DNA of 64,000 nucleotides, taken from assembly GCF_006345805.1 (NCBI RefSeq), contig NC_043021.1:12586001-12650000 (forward strand), written 5' to 3'. The stretch comes from Octopus sinensis (lineage: Eukaryota). The notes beneath the pieces are model-generated. The model was not told where the DNA came from, made no database searches, and was given only the letters and a program-made list of their open reading frames with translations. Positions 41,040 to 51,830 of the stretch are shown here, piece after piece. Position numbers and translations under genes: made by a program. Position 1 is the stretch's first letter; the number at the start of each line of letters is the position of its first letter.

Positions 41040-43489
41040 CATATGTATGTCATGTATGTCATTATTCAGTTTTATTTCAAGATTTCTTGCCAATAGAGAA
41101 AGAGCCAGTTTCTAACCTAGATTCAAAGCTCTTTCATTGGAATTTCAACATCAACAACGGGGTATTTTTGTTTGTATATATGTATGTACATATGTTTGTA
41201 TTCTCATGCATGTAGTTGCATATCTAGACATGCTCATATATATTTAAATGCTAAACTTCTGGAAAGTTTTACAGATTTTTACAGTTCCAGTGATGCATTG
41301 GATCTGTAGTCTTCGAATTAGCTTTCTCCTTCCTGGTTTTGAGAATCCTAATTACTCAAGATTGGTATTTAGGCAGTGTGTTACATATCAAAGGGCCCCA
41401 ATAATTACAGCTATAAATATGAACTTGTAATCTGGATAGAGTAACTGCAGATTTCTCAGTAGTTCAGCATAGGTATTCTGTCTGTCTGTATGTATGTTTT
41501 TATGTATGTTACAATCAAGAAGATGAATCACATTGACCTTTTTGTGTGCACAGTTTCTGACAGACCATGCCTTTCTTTTGCTGGGCTCAAATCTCATTTG
41601 CGAACCCATGGAAAACGAACCTCCACCAACTATTCTGCCTATATATCTGTGCACACCTTTCAATGCAATGTATGCCAGAAGGTTTGCAAATCTAATGGAA
41701 GTCTCAAATGACAATTTAAGATCGACAAAGATCAGAACTTATCTGCAGTTCTAGGTGGTCCAAATCAGATATGCAATCTATGTGGGTGTCTTTTCAGAAC
41801 ATTGTCTGGTTTAAAAAGCCATATCAGATGCCACGATGGTGCTAAGGTGTAGGTACAGGAGGTGGTCAAACTCTGCATAAGGAATAGACAACCACCATGT
41901 ATGTATTTCATTTCATTTAGTCTAGTTTCAGCTCACAAGCTGTGGCCATGCTGGGGCACTGCCATTCGGTGTTGCTACATGATTTTGCTTCACGAATGCT
42001 TTTTAGCAATTGATATTTGGTGCATGAGAGAGTTTGATGCAGCTGCTCTCATCTGCACCTCCTGCCGTGAAGTTGGTTCATCTGGGACACCTGACAGGAA
42101 GAGGTCCAGCTTTATTTTAAAGACATGTATGTATGTATGTATGTATGTATGTATGTATGTGTACCGTATATGTAACCCATACTATGTTCCTTTCATAGAT
42201 CCACATGAAAAGAATAAGTAGACATACTTATCCATTTCCATGATTCCTTCTTTTTCTCTCTGTTTTCAGTCAACAAAGAAATTATGTGCCCAGTTTGTGA
42301 GAAAGAGTCCCAGCAAGGTAACTCTCGTCGTCTTTCAGGGGATTCCTCAGAAAACCTGTTTCCCACACAACAAATCCAGAGGCACAGGCTAAGTTTACCC
42401 TTGCCCCTACCTAAAGGGTTAGTATGAAAGTTTAATTTGTTAACCTTTTATTAAATATGTCACCTGTCATCAGTAGGGAATATTACTAGGGCTTAAAAGA
42501 ATAGAAATAATCAAGTTCTCTCTCTTTATCTTTCTGTGCTTCTCTCTCTTTCTCTCTGTATACATACATACACCTATTTACACACACACATATATATATA
42601 CATATATTCATGTGCATGCATGCATATATATATAAGTACTAGCAGAGTTACCCGGCATTGACCATGTTACATACAATTGAAGAATTAGACTTTTCTGTTA
42701 TATTTTCTGTAATGAACTGGAATACCTATGTTTCGAATTTCATGAGAATTGCAGATTCGAGTTATTTCCCTCTTTACACACACACACCATTCTCACATAC
42801 GCATGCACAAGATTAAATTCGTTTGACCGGGTCACTGTCATTATCTCCCTTTCATTCAATCTCTTTCTTCTGGCTATTTCGTCTTGTTAATTCCTACAAA
42901 AAAGTTTTCCTCTCTCTGTTTTTTTCATTCTCTCTCCTTTTTTTCCCTCTTATTCCTTCCTATCGAAGAGCCTAGGTCTGAAACATTAAAGACTTTTCCA
43001 CTCTTCCCAAGCATCAAACCAATACACTTGCTTGTGATCCTAAGCACATACAAAACATCCAAGGGTGTTTTGTTTTTTTTTCCTATGGAGATACGATGCT
43101 CAGGTCATATAAATATAAATTTAGTATTTCCTGAGTATCAATTGAAACAGCTGTAAGGGAAGTTGATTAATTTACTGTTAATAATAAACAATTATTAACT
43201 TCTCAATCTCCATTTTCTTTTTCTTCTTCTATATGAATATAAACCATATGTTTATATATATATATATATATATATTATTTTAAGGAAATTAATTCCCCAA
43301 ATATACTAGGTATTGAACCAGTATTTCCTTGGATAAAACCATCCCTTTATGAGGTTAACACAACCTCTAACCGTATATATATATATAATATATACATGCA
43401 TGTATAATATTCTCTCTTCTGTTTTTACCTCTTCAGAAAAACCCAACTGGAATTATATGTGCAATGTCAGTGGAATGGAGAAGCAGTAG
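13249..43489 (+). CDS. Ankyrin repeat domain protein, about 370 aa, 9 ankyrin repeats plus a short Cys-containing tail; 9 coding exons
   Basis: Exons 13249-13270, 16356-16510, 19201-19402, 20856-21023, 21982-22163, 33342-33459, 35475-35639, 42270-42317 and 43437-43489 total 1113 nt and join in frame. Repeats: [90 protein letters not shown]. Confidence 0.85.
13727..14010 (+). mobile_element. tRNA-derived SINE family D; related copies at 2007-2190(+), 19445-19733(-), 63775-64000(-)
   Basis: tggcctagtggttagggcagcggactcgcggtc...gtttcgattcccagacc then aagctccacgaggctccggcag; no acceptor stem. Confidence 0.85.
14523..14680 (+). mobile_element. CRE-clade RLE LINE 3' end, CpG-rich
   Basis: [36 protein letters not shown] (14523-14633). 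Confidence 0.75.
16016..16235. mobile_element. piggyBac-type MITE (about 220 bp); a second copy at 28476-29085 is interrupted by a SINE
   Basis: TIRs ccctttcattac / gtaacgaaaggg with TTAG/TTAA flanks; same TIR as the 3919-4984 element. Confidence 0.8.
16356..16510 (+). CDS. Ankyrin gene exon 2 (...[26 protein letters not shown])
   Basis: Long polypyrimidine tract then accag|; donor CAG|gtcaat. Confidence 0.8.
16575..18200 (-). mobile_element. Tc1-family (DD34E) DNA transposon, near full length, frameshifted transposase, IR/DR-type TIRs
   Basis: TA flanks; about 225-bp TIRs (16575-16800, 17977-18200), each with two ggccaaaatg(t/a)tcagaacgg repeats; peptides [24 protein letters not shown]-(34 aa)-SPDLNPIE. 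Confidence 0.95.
18212..18500. repeat. Diverged copy of the same foldback family
   Basis: Imperfect arms 18212-18435 homologous to the 53.3 kb palindrome; right extension matches 53264-53296. Confidence 0.88.
19201..19402 (+). CDS. Ankyrin gene exon 3 ([20 protein letters not shown]...CLASK)
   Basis: ttgtccttag| ... G|gtaaat; two ankyrin motifs. Confidence 0.93.
20856..21023 (+). CDS. Ankyrin gene exon 4 ([19 protein letters not shown]...[10 protein letters not shown])
   Basis: ttttatcag| ... A|gtgagt. Confidence 0.93.
21982..22163 (+). CDS. Ankyrin gene exon 5 ([12 protein letters not shown]...NGQTLAHL)
   Basis: tcattgcag| ... CTG|gtaaat. Confidence 0.93.
22740..23310 (-). mobile_element. 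CR1/L2-clade LINE 3' end with (ATT)n tail
   Basis: ORF 22888-23301: [22 protein letters not shown]...[11 protein letters not shown]...[16 protein letters not shown]. Confidence 0.9.
24317..24546 (+). mobile_element. Mariner-derived MITE (about 230 bp); opposite-orientation copy at about 61888-62140
   Basis: TIR (ttgg)gttggtgcataattattg at both ends; internal [15 protein letters not shown]. Confidence 0.8.
25010..26800 (-). mobile_element. Degenerate mariner transposon carrying an insertion at about 25600-26165
   Basis: Minus-strand remnants in mariner order: [18 protein letters not shown], ..[18 protein letters not shown]. Confidence 0.75.
30059..30270. mobile_element. Third TTAA-flanked MITE family; related copies at about 29680-30015 (internal tandem duplication) and about 1777-1976
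   Basis: ttaa|ccttttgcc ... ggcagaagg|ttaa; shared core ctttcctttcataag. Confidence 0.7.
30737..31070 (+). mobile_element. Internally deleted mariner
   Basis: TIR-like tatcgggttgtccggaaagt; [14 protein letters not shown] joined to [32 protein letters not shown]. Confidence 0.85.
32249..32465. mobile_element. Second TTAA-flanked MITE family; related copies at 34732-35377 (SINE-interrupted) and about 31990-32110
   Basis: ttaa|ccctttagtattt ... aacactaaaggg|ttaa; shared internal sequence among copies. Confidence 0.75.
32570..33140 (+). mobile_element. RTE-clade LINE 3' end: ORF terminus plus 3'UTR with internal tandem units and (GAT)n tail; 5'-truncated copies at about 1290-1730, 3050-3460, 18525-18680, 27045-27245, 33975-34155, 38768-38955, 40805-40990, 45780-46010, 47345-47525, 51145-51350, 55165-55370
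   Basis: [13 protein letters not shown] precedes the UTR core ggcgttaggaagggcatccagctgtagaaac...aacccatgctagcatggaaagcggac..gatgatgat; the 1290 copy carries RRLLWFGH and EMTENRDMWHIAVVKKT. Confidence 0.8.
33342..33459 (+). CDS. Ankyrin gene exon 6 ([39 protein letters not shown])
   Basis: Polypyrimidine tract then aacccag|; donor G|gtgatt; phase 0-1 bridges exons 5 and 7. Confidence 0.88.
33680..33920 (-). mobile_element. Degenerate RTE LINE C-terminal fragment
   Basis: Minus-strand [14 protein letters not shown]...R..WE..V.G pattern. Confidence 0.5.
35475..35639 (+). CDS. Ankyrin gene exon 7 ([14 protein letters not shown]...GIMQKA)
   Basis: aattaaaag| ... G|gtaagt. Confidence 0.9.
37105..37600 (+). 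repeat. CA-rich minisatellite (core cacaagc[c/t]ttcatacacac)
   Basis: About 12 cores separated by variable CA tracts; degenerate CA-rich sequence continues to about 38220. Confidence 0.85.
39640..39840 (-). repeat. Unclassified GC-rich repeat of about 200 bp with (AAC)n tail; second copy at about 51918-52105
   Basis: Two same-orientation copies, roughly 90% identical by eye. Confidence 0.85.
40221..40452 (+). mobile_element. tRNA-derived SINE family B (about 230 bp); about 20 full or partial copies, e.g. 27-250(-), 14310(+), 15351-15566(-), 19775-20007(+), 27760(+), 44630(+), 48715-48950(+), 57715-57937(+)
   Basis: Head ggcgagctggcagaa.cgttagc...gagttcaaattccgcc; core gtcgactttgcctttcatcctttcggggtcgataaattaagtaccag; tail gtgggtaataaagaaata; 14-bp TSD here. 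Confidence 0.92.
41330..41490 (-). mobile_element. RLE-type LINE C-terminal fragment
   Basis: [28 protein letters not shown]. Confidence 0.65.
41515..41855 (+). mobile_element. RTE-like LINE 3' end with degenerate C2H2 zinc fingers
   Basis: [23 protein letters not shown]; [12 protein letters not shown]; [20 protein letters not shown]. Confidence 0.7.
42270..42317 (+). CDS. Ankyrin gene exon 8 ([16 protein letters not shown])
   Basis: Strong acceptor tttttctctctgttttcag|, donor G|gtaact, phase 1-1, CxxC motif. Confidence 0.7.
43437..43489 (+). CDS. Ankyrin gene putative last coding exon ([17 protein letters not shown])
   Basis: Strong acceptor ctgtttttacctcttcag|; TAG at 43487 in the phase-1 frame; AATAAA near 44223 and 44283. 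Confidence 0.55.
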
Positions 43490-44011
43490 AATAGGAGAGA
43501 GAATTGGCACCAGCTTCAAGGAACAAAACACATACTACAAATTGAAAATTCCTAGGAATATAGTTTACCTTTTTCTTGAACAAATTTTTACGAAACATCC
43601 CAACTACGAGTTTTGTTTAATCTTGAAAATAATCAAAAATCCAGAGCGACTTATTTAGTAAAATAACCACTTTTTTGGGGTGCTTTTTTTTTCATTATTA
43701 AACTGTTTGTTTGGAATATAATATTAATCTAATGTTCAAGACTTTGGAATTGGCTTTTTTGTATAGTAGAACTAGTGCCGGTCTCAGGTAAATTAGTGTA
43801 GAAAGGGTTAAGGACAGAAAGGGAAATGTGACTATGTGCCATAAGAAGGAATAATTCTGAAATCTTTTGCATTTCACAATTCTTCATTGACAAAAGCTGA
43901 AAGAAAAGATAGTTCTTTCTTCTTTTCTTTCCTTTTTCCTTTCTGTCTTTCTTTCTTTCTTTTTTCCTTTCTTTATTTTTCCTCCTTTCTTTCTGTATAT
44001 GTATATCTGTC

Positions 44012-44053
<42 letters not shown>

Positions 44054-44182
44054 CAAATATTAGTGCGGAATTATTGGTACCTCAACTTAAGTACCTAATT
44101 AATCTTCGTCAACCAACCAAATATGTATATATATATAAGAAAAGAACATGGGTAGTGACATGGTACTCTTCTATTTCATGTT

Positions 44183-44213
<31 letters not shown>

Positions 44214-46151
44214 AAGAGTTGAAATAAACAGAAAACAAATTATTGATATTTCAGATATTTCATTATGTATGTTTCAATAACCAATAAAGTACACATCATT
44301 TCATCAGATGGAAAACATTGAAATGCTACTCTTATACATCAAAGAATCCTGCTTCAACCAAAAAGAAAAAAAATGAACATAAGTGATTTTAACGAGGAGG
44401 TCTGAGAGAGACCATAAGATATATCAAAAGAAATAAAAATTAATAGTAAAAAAATAGGAAACAAAAATAAAATAAGCCCACACACACACACACATATATA
44501 TATATACATGTATCCCATTCATACATATATACTGGACAACAGCTCAGCAATTGCATCTTTTTTGTTAATGCTTTTCAATTTAGGATTCACTTCCACCATA
44601 TGTGATACTTTCATAAGTTTTCTCCATAAGGTGGTGAGCTGGCAGAATCATTAGCACGCTGGGCAAAATGCTTAGTGGCCTTTCATCTGTTTTCACGTTC
44701 TGAGTTCAAATCCTGCCAAGGTCAACTTTGTCTTTTGTCCTTTCAGGATCAATAAAATAAGTACCAACGGAATATTGGGGTTGATGTAATCATCTTACTC
44801 GTGTCCCCGAAATTGCTGGACATGTGCTAAAATATGAAATCAACATCTCTATTACCATGAACAATATCTACCTATCTTCCTTGGTCCACTACAAGCTAGT
44901 GACTCCCATTCTTATCTCCACTGCTTTTCTTCTCACCCCTAAACACACTAAATCTACCATGCATTTCTCTCAATTCCTTTGACTTTGCCAGCATTGATTT
45001 GGATTTTGAACCCCTAATGCCAAACAGTGCAGTAATTCTTTCTGAATCGGGGGTACCCACAATCAGTTGTGGACCCTGCTGTCCCCCATTGACTGTGCCG
45101 TTGCTTTCCTACCCTCTTTATGCACATATACAGATTGTATACTACTCTCTCATCTTCCATCCATGCGTCTTCCCATTGAAAGATAAACTCAATTGCAACT
45201 TCCATTTTCTACTTTCCGATCCCATAATCACTCCAGTCTTTCTCACGCAGCCTCTCCTTGCCATTTTTTTAAAGGCAAAGAGAGGTGGTGCAGGAAAACC
45301 TTAGAAATATCCCAGTAAGAAGCTCCTCAGCACCCAGCCCCATGCACTTTTAAATGTACTCAATGATGATACACCTGCCTGTATGTTAACAATACAACTA
45401 CCATCACTGGACCTAAGACACAACATCATATCGGTTTCAAATTTTGGTACAAGGCCAGCAATTTTAGGGGAGGGGAAGTCAATTACATCGACCTCAGTAG
45501 TCAATTGGTAAATGTTTTATCAACTCTAGAAGAACGAAGGACAGAGCTGACCTCGACAGTATCTGAGCTCAGAACATAAAGCACTGGAAGAAATGCCACT
45601 GAGCATTTTGCCTGGTGCAGTAATGACTCTGCTATTACAACCATGGTAATAATGCAGGTACCGTACTTAAATCATGTCATCACCTGACATAAAGCCACAT
45701 TCCTCAATACTATTCCCTCCTAGGCTGAGATGGGTCTTGCCTTGCAAGTTACTTGGTAAAACCTCACTAGTGCTATAATCATGTAAAAAGCATTATCCAG
45801 TACACTGTACTGTAAAGTGGTTGGCATTAGAAAGGGCATCCAGCTGTAGAAACAATGTTGAAACAGACATTGGAGCCTGGTGCAATCCTCTGGCTTGCCA
45901 GCCCCTGTTGAACTGAGCCTGGTGCAATCCTCTGGCTTGCCAGCTCCTGTTGAACTGTCCAACCCATGCCAGCATGGCAAGCAGATTTTCAATGATGATG
46001 ATGATGATGAATATGTATCAAGATGTAGTAAATGATAGTATGTATGTATAATGATGCTTAAGAAAACAGACAATGGAAAAAGAAAGACTGTAGGATGTAA
46101 ACTGTCATGAAGACCCACTCACCACAACAAAATTGAGATCCTAAAACTAAG

Positions 46152-47356
46152 GTGCCACATAAAAAGAGCGTTGGTGTGAGTGCAGGTGCCATGTATAAAG
46201 CACTGGTGCTGATGCCACATAAAAAGCACTGCTTATGGTGCCATGTAAAAGCATTGGTAATAGTACCATGTAAAAAGCACTGGTAATAGTGCCATGTATA
46301 AAGCATTGGTAATAGTGCCACATAAAAAGCACTGGTAATAGTGCCATGCATAAGCACTGGTGATGGTGCTACATAAAAAGCACTGCTGATGGTGCCATGT
46401 AAAAAGCACTGCTTATGGTGCCATGTAAAAGCATTGGTAATAGTACCATGTAAAAAGCACTGGTAATAGCGCCATGTATAAGCATTGGTAATAGTGCCAC
46501 ATAAAAAGCACTGGTAATAGTGCCATGTATAAAGCACTGGTGATGGTGCTACATAAAAAGCACTGCTGATGGTGCCATGTAAAAAGCACTGCTTATGGTG
46601 CCATGTAAAAGCATTGGTAATAGTACCATGTAAAAAGCACTGGTATAGCGCCATGTATAAAGCATTGGTAATAGTGCCACATAAAAAGCACTGGTAATAG
46701 TGCCATGTATAAGCACTGGTGCTGATGCCACATAAAAAGCACTGCTTATGGTGCCATGTAAAAGCATTGGTAATAGTACCATGTAAAAAGCACTGGTAAT
46801 AGTGCCATGTATAAAGCATTGGTAATAGTGCCACATAAAAAGCACTGGTAATAGTGCCATGCATAAAGCACTGGTGATGGTGCTACATAAAAAGCACTGC
46901 TGATGGTGCCATGTAAAAGCACTGCTTATGGTGCCATGTAAAAGCATTGGTAATAGTACCATGTAAAAAGCACTGGTAATAGCGCCATGTATAAAGCATT
47001 GGTAATAGTGCCACATAAAAAGCACTGGTAATAGTGCCATGTATAAAGCACTGGTGATGGTGCTACATAAAAAGCACTGCTGATGGTGCCATGTAAAAAG
47101 CACTGCTTATGGTGCCATGTAAAAGCATTGGTAATAGTACCATGTAAAAAGCACTGGTAATAGCGCCATGTATAAAGCATTGGTAATAGTGCCACATAAA
47201 AAGCACTGGTAATAGTGCCATGTATAAAGCACTGGTGATGGTGCTACATAAAAAGCACTGCTGATGGTGCCATGTAAAAAGCACTGGCGCCACATAAAAA
47301 GCAGTGGTATTGGTGTCATGTAAAAAATACTGGTGATGGTGCCACATAAAAAGCAC
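46152..47356 (+). repeat. 25-26-bp-unit minisatellite with a 7-unit (about 180 bp) higher-order repeat
   Basis: Unit aaaaaGCACTggtaatAGTGCcatgt and variants; cactgctgat recurs at 46381 and 46561. Confidence 0.97.
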
Positions 47357-47784
47357 CCAGTGCACTCTGTAAAGTGGTTGGCATTAGGAAGGGCCATCAA
47401 GCTGTAGAAACCAAGCTAAAGCAGACTAAGGAACCTGGTGTGGCCCTGGCCTTGCCAGTTCCTGTCAAGCCATTCCATCCATGCCAGCTCCGAAAACACA
47501 TGGTAAATGTTGAGGATGGTGATTCATGTAATAATGATAATAATAATTCTTTCTGCTAGAGGCACAATGCCTGTATTTCAGCGGTAGGAGAGCTAGTCGA
47601 CTACACTGACCCCTGCCCTCTCCCTCAGTGAACAACTGGTACTTATTTTAACATCCCAGAAAGAATGAACGGTAAAGTCAACCGCTGCAGAATTTGAACT
47701 CAGAAACACAAAGATGAAAGAGATACCACCAAGTGTTTTACCTGAGGAACTAACAATGCTATCAGTTCACCTCCTTAATTATAA

Positions 47785-48177
47785 TTATAACTGGCAGTAT
47801 CGCTCGGGTTTGTAAGGGAAATAACTATATAAGCATTTTTAGAGATGTAAAGTATAATAGCCATCTCAATATGGCTAACCACAAGGGGGGGGGGTTACTG
47901 TAGCTTTTTACGTTCTGAGATTTAATAATAAATTTTTAGAGAGTTACTTCCCTTATATATGCCAAAAATGCATTAAAAATGGGAAAAAATTATGGTAAAT
48001 TTTTTTTTAAATCGTAGACTCATCATAGACGCGCACTAATACCCAGAAGGGCTCGATATGAATCACGACTATAAGATACCCGGTTTTGGTTAAACTGCAC
48101 CGCAAAATGTGGGAGTAGTTAGGAATCTAAATCGAAGGGGACAGACACCACACATCCTCAATTTTATATATAAAGAT
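47785..48177 (+). mobile_element. Helentron/HINE (DINE-1-like) non-autonomous element; similar architecture at about 9400-9737, 22210-22330, 38285-38540 and 42637-43240
   Basis: Start actggcagtatcgctcgggtttg, CA/GACA microsatellite, end ttttatatataaagat; the 38.5 kb copy ends in hairpin acttctgcc-ttcgctaa-ggtggaggt. Confidence 0.55.
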
Positions 48178-49119
48178 AATGACAACAGAAATCAGGGTTA
48201 AGACCCAAAACTCTGAAATATTTCAAAAACCTACATAAAACATGTAATGGGGCCAAGAAACAACCAAGATAACGAATTCCACTGTGACATGAAATAATTA
48301 GTCGATTTATTATAACGAATAAAAAGCACGTGTTTCGTTTGTTGAAATTACTGTGTAGTTAAGAAGTTCACTTAGTAACTATATGGTTTCAGGTTCAATC
48401 CCACTGCATGGCACTTTCAGCGACTGTTTTCTAATATAGCCCTCAATGGACCAATGTCTTCTGAGTGAATATGGTTGATGGAAACTGTGAGGAAGCCCAT
48501 CATGTATATATATGTATATAAGGTATATTTTTTTATTCATTTATTTGTTTCAGTCATTTGACTGCGGCCATGCTGGAGCACCGCCTTTAGTTGAACAAAT
48601 TGACGCCCAGGACTTATTCTTTGTAAGCCCAGTAACTTATTCTATCGATCTCTTTTGCCAAACCACTAAGTTACAGGGACGTAAGCACACCAACATCGGT
48701 TATCAAACGGATGAAGGTGGTGAGCTAGCAGAAATGTTAGCACACCAGGCAAAATACTTAGTGGTATTTTGTCTGTCTTTACATTCTGACTTCAAATTCC
48801 ACCGAGGTCAACTTTACCTTTCGTCCTTTCGGGGTCGGTTAAATAAGTATCAGTTACGCACTGGGGTCGATGTAATCGACTTAATCCAATTGTCTGTCCT
48901 TGTTTGTCCTCTCTGTGTGTAGCCCCTTGTAGGCAGTAAAGAAATAAGAAACGTTAGGCATAGGAGTGGCTGTGTGGTAAGTAGCTTGTTTACGAACCAC
49001 ATGGTTCCGGGTTCAGTCCCACTGTGTGGGAACTTGGGCAAGTGTCTTCTACTATAGCCTCAGGCCGACCAAAGCCTTGTGAGTGGATTCGGTAGACGGA
49101 AACCGAAAGAAGCCCATCG

Positions 49120-49197
<78 letters not shown>

Positions 49198-49879
49198 ATA
49201 TGTTTGTGTGTCTGTTTGTCCCCCCAACATCACATGACAACCGATGCTAGTGTTTACATCCCCGTAACTTAGCGGTTCGGCAAAAGAGACCAATAGAATA
49301 AATAGTAGGCTTACAAAGAACAAGTCCTGGGGTTGATTTGCTCAACTAAAGCTCCAGCATGGCCACAGTCAAATAACTGAAACAAGTAAAAGAGTTAGCA
49401 CACCAGGCAAAATGCTTAGTGGTATTTCATCTGTCTTAACGTTCTATGTTCAAATTCCACCAAGGTCAACTTTGCCTTTTGTCCTTTCAGGGTCGATAAA
49501 TTAAGTACCAGTTGCATACTGGGGTCAATCTAATTGACTGCCCCCCCTCCCCCAAAATTCCGAGCCCTGTGCCTAGAGTAGAAAAGAATATTAAAACAGA
49601 TGAGGGAAGGTGTTTGAATTGTCGCAGGTACAGTTTATTTAATGGCATAGGGATGAATGTTAAGAAAGATAACGCAAACTGAGTTTATTAACGAAAGCTA
49701 ATTCACAAACGCATATACATTTAAAATGAATATTCAATGAAATCTAATGCATAAATTTTATGTGTTTGCAATTAGATTATAATTCCAGACAGAACAAATG
49801 GTGGGGGGAAAGGGGAGAAAGAGGTTGTATCAAAGAGTTTCAGACTAGTTAAGATGAATTTGATCAGAGAAAATGCTTA

Positions 49880-50430
49880 AATAGTCTTGACTATTAATTC
49901 TGCCTTGAAGGGAAACCATTGGGCCGGCAGACTTCCAAGATATAGCCCCACCAGAGCATCAAAGATCCTCCCCATGTTTAACAGTTGGAAGAAAGCAGTC
50001 TGTCTCAAATGCTTTTGGCTGTCTGCACACGTATACTCAGCCGGTGGTCAGAAATAAGGTAAAGGATGACTTGTCCGAGAAAATAACAGTCTTCCATTGT
50101 TCTAGGGACCAATTCTGTAGGTTTTTAATCCACTCTAAACACTTTGTAACGTTTGTTTTTGAAAGTAGTGATTTTCTGATTGTAGCCCTCCCGTGAAATC
50201 CGGCTTTGTGCAGCTCCTGGTGAACAGTTTTTGTGGAAACTGGGTTCTCGAGGTGGTCATTAAACTCTACAGTAATTTTGGGAGCTATACTTTTGTGATC
50301 CTTTCTAACAATTCGTGTAAGAGTCGGAGAGTCCCTATCAGAAAGTTTTGGTTTTCTTCTGGAATTTTGTTTTGACAAGGAGGTTTTTCCCTCTTTCCCA
50401 AAGGCTGTCATTACTTTTTATGGTAACAAA
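49880..50430 (-). mobile_element. Tc1 transposase fragment (HTH region to first catalytic Asp)
   Basis: ORF 50037-50411 with RKPKLSDRD and WKTVIFSD; GGS.MLWGAISW-like sequence follows. Confidence 0.85.
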
Positions 50431-51419
50431 AGACTGATGATCATGATCATGTTGATGATGAAGAAGATGATGACGACGACAACAATTACACTGACGAATA
50501 CAATGACGATGAGGACGATGACAATTATGATAATGATGATGACAACGACGCTGACACTACAATATACATGTAGACACTGGGACCCTGCCCTGCTCACCTA
50601 CCTATGCATGAAAACACACACACACACACACATGCGCATACACACACACACACACATCCACAGATGCTAGTAATCTTGTATTGACACTAAGGTCAAATCA
50701 TCCAATTTATTTCCTCTTATAAGATTCTTCAGCTTATCACCTCCCCTTCTCTCTCTCTCTCTCTCTCTCTATACCTCTTTCTGTTTGTCTCTGTCTTTCT
50801 CTTTCTCACACTCACTATTTCCTCTCCTACTCCCCTTCTGTTTGTCAATAATTCTGCCTGCCTACTTATATCTCATTGTACCCTTTTCTCTCTTACTCTC
50901 TCTCTCTCTCTCTGCTATATGTTTGAGTACCTATCTCTCTGCTAGTTGTCTACGAGCCTCTTTCCCTCTCCCTCTCCCTCTCTCTCTCTCTGCAGTTTCT
51001 CTCTCCACCTCCATCCTCTCTGTCTCCCCTTTTCCCTCCTCTCTCAATTTGATAACATATCTTCAACGACAAACTTGATAATTTTTTGACATAACAGCAA
51101 GCTTTGGTGAAAACTGCTCTGTGGAATTTCCTCTGACTACTTCCCATCATCATTATCATCATCATCATCGTTTAACGTATGTTTTCCATGCTGGCATGGG
51201 TTGGCTGGTTCGACTAGGGTCTGGGAAGCCAGAAAGCTGCACAAGGCACCAATCTGATCTGGCAGTGTTTCTACAGCTGGATGCCCTTCCTAACGCCAAC
51301 CACTCCGAGAGTGTAGTGAGTGCATTTTATGTGCCACCGGCACAGGCCAGAGGAGCTGAGTTCAAATCAAGTCAATTTCGACTTTACCTTTAAATCCCTT
51401 TGGGGTTCATAAAATAAAG

Positions 51420-51830
51420 CACACGGTGTATTCAAAAAGTATCTGACTTTATTTTTTTCCAGCCAAAACTAATACTGCATAGGTAAAATCCTTTCAGTGG
51501 GAGGTGATGCCAGCCTTCCTGTGCAAGGGTGAAATTTTTCGTGCCAATAGGCTGCTCCAGTTCCCTGCTGTTAATCCTAGAGTGCAGACGTGCAGTACAT
51601 GCTTTTTGGATTTTCGTTTTTATGCAAAATGACCAAATGCATTGAGCAGTGACCATTCAGCTGTAATGATGGCCTTCATGAAGCCTGGGCTGTGGTTTGC
51701 ACATCCAAGTGTGTCCTGAGCACTTTCCATGCAGGGCTGTTCCTGCTGCTTTTCCGGTGCCTTGGGGATGAATTTCGCCAAGACCCTCAGCATGCTCAAA
51801 ACCTCCATTAAAATGGAATGCGCTCAGACT
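51420..51830 (+). mobile_element. Probable Tc1/mariner 5' fragment
   Basis: TIR-like cacggtgtattcaaaaagtatctgacttt followed by degenerate transposase-like sequence. Confidence 0.5.

Noticed and set aside
44860-45340. Non-repetitive segment with 101-aa and 63-aa ORFs
   Set aside because: No splice or motif support; possibly a decayed LINE fragment, but I could not assign it.
46058-47400. CRISPR-like array, and 268-aa and 184-aa ORFs
   Set aside because: There are no unique spacers (units recur in a fixed higher-order pattern), no cas genes, and the context is eukaryotic. The ORFs are by-products of the tandem periodicity on the minus strand.
50436-50575. Asp-rich 45-codon frame
   Set aside because: A degenerate GAT/GAC microsatellite with no start or splice support.
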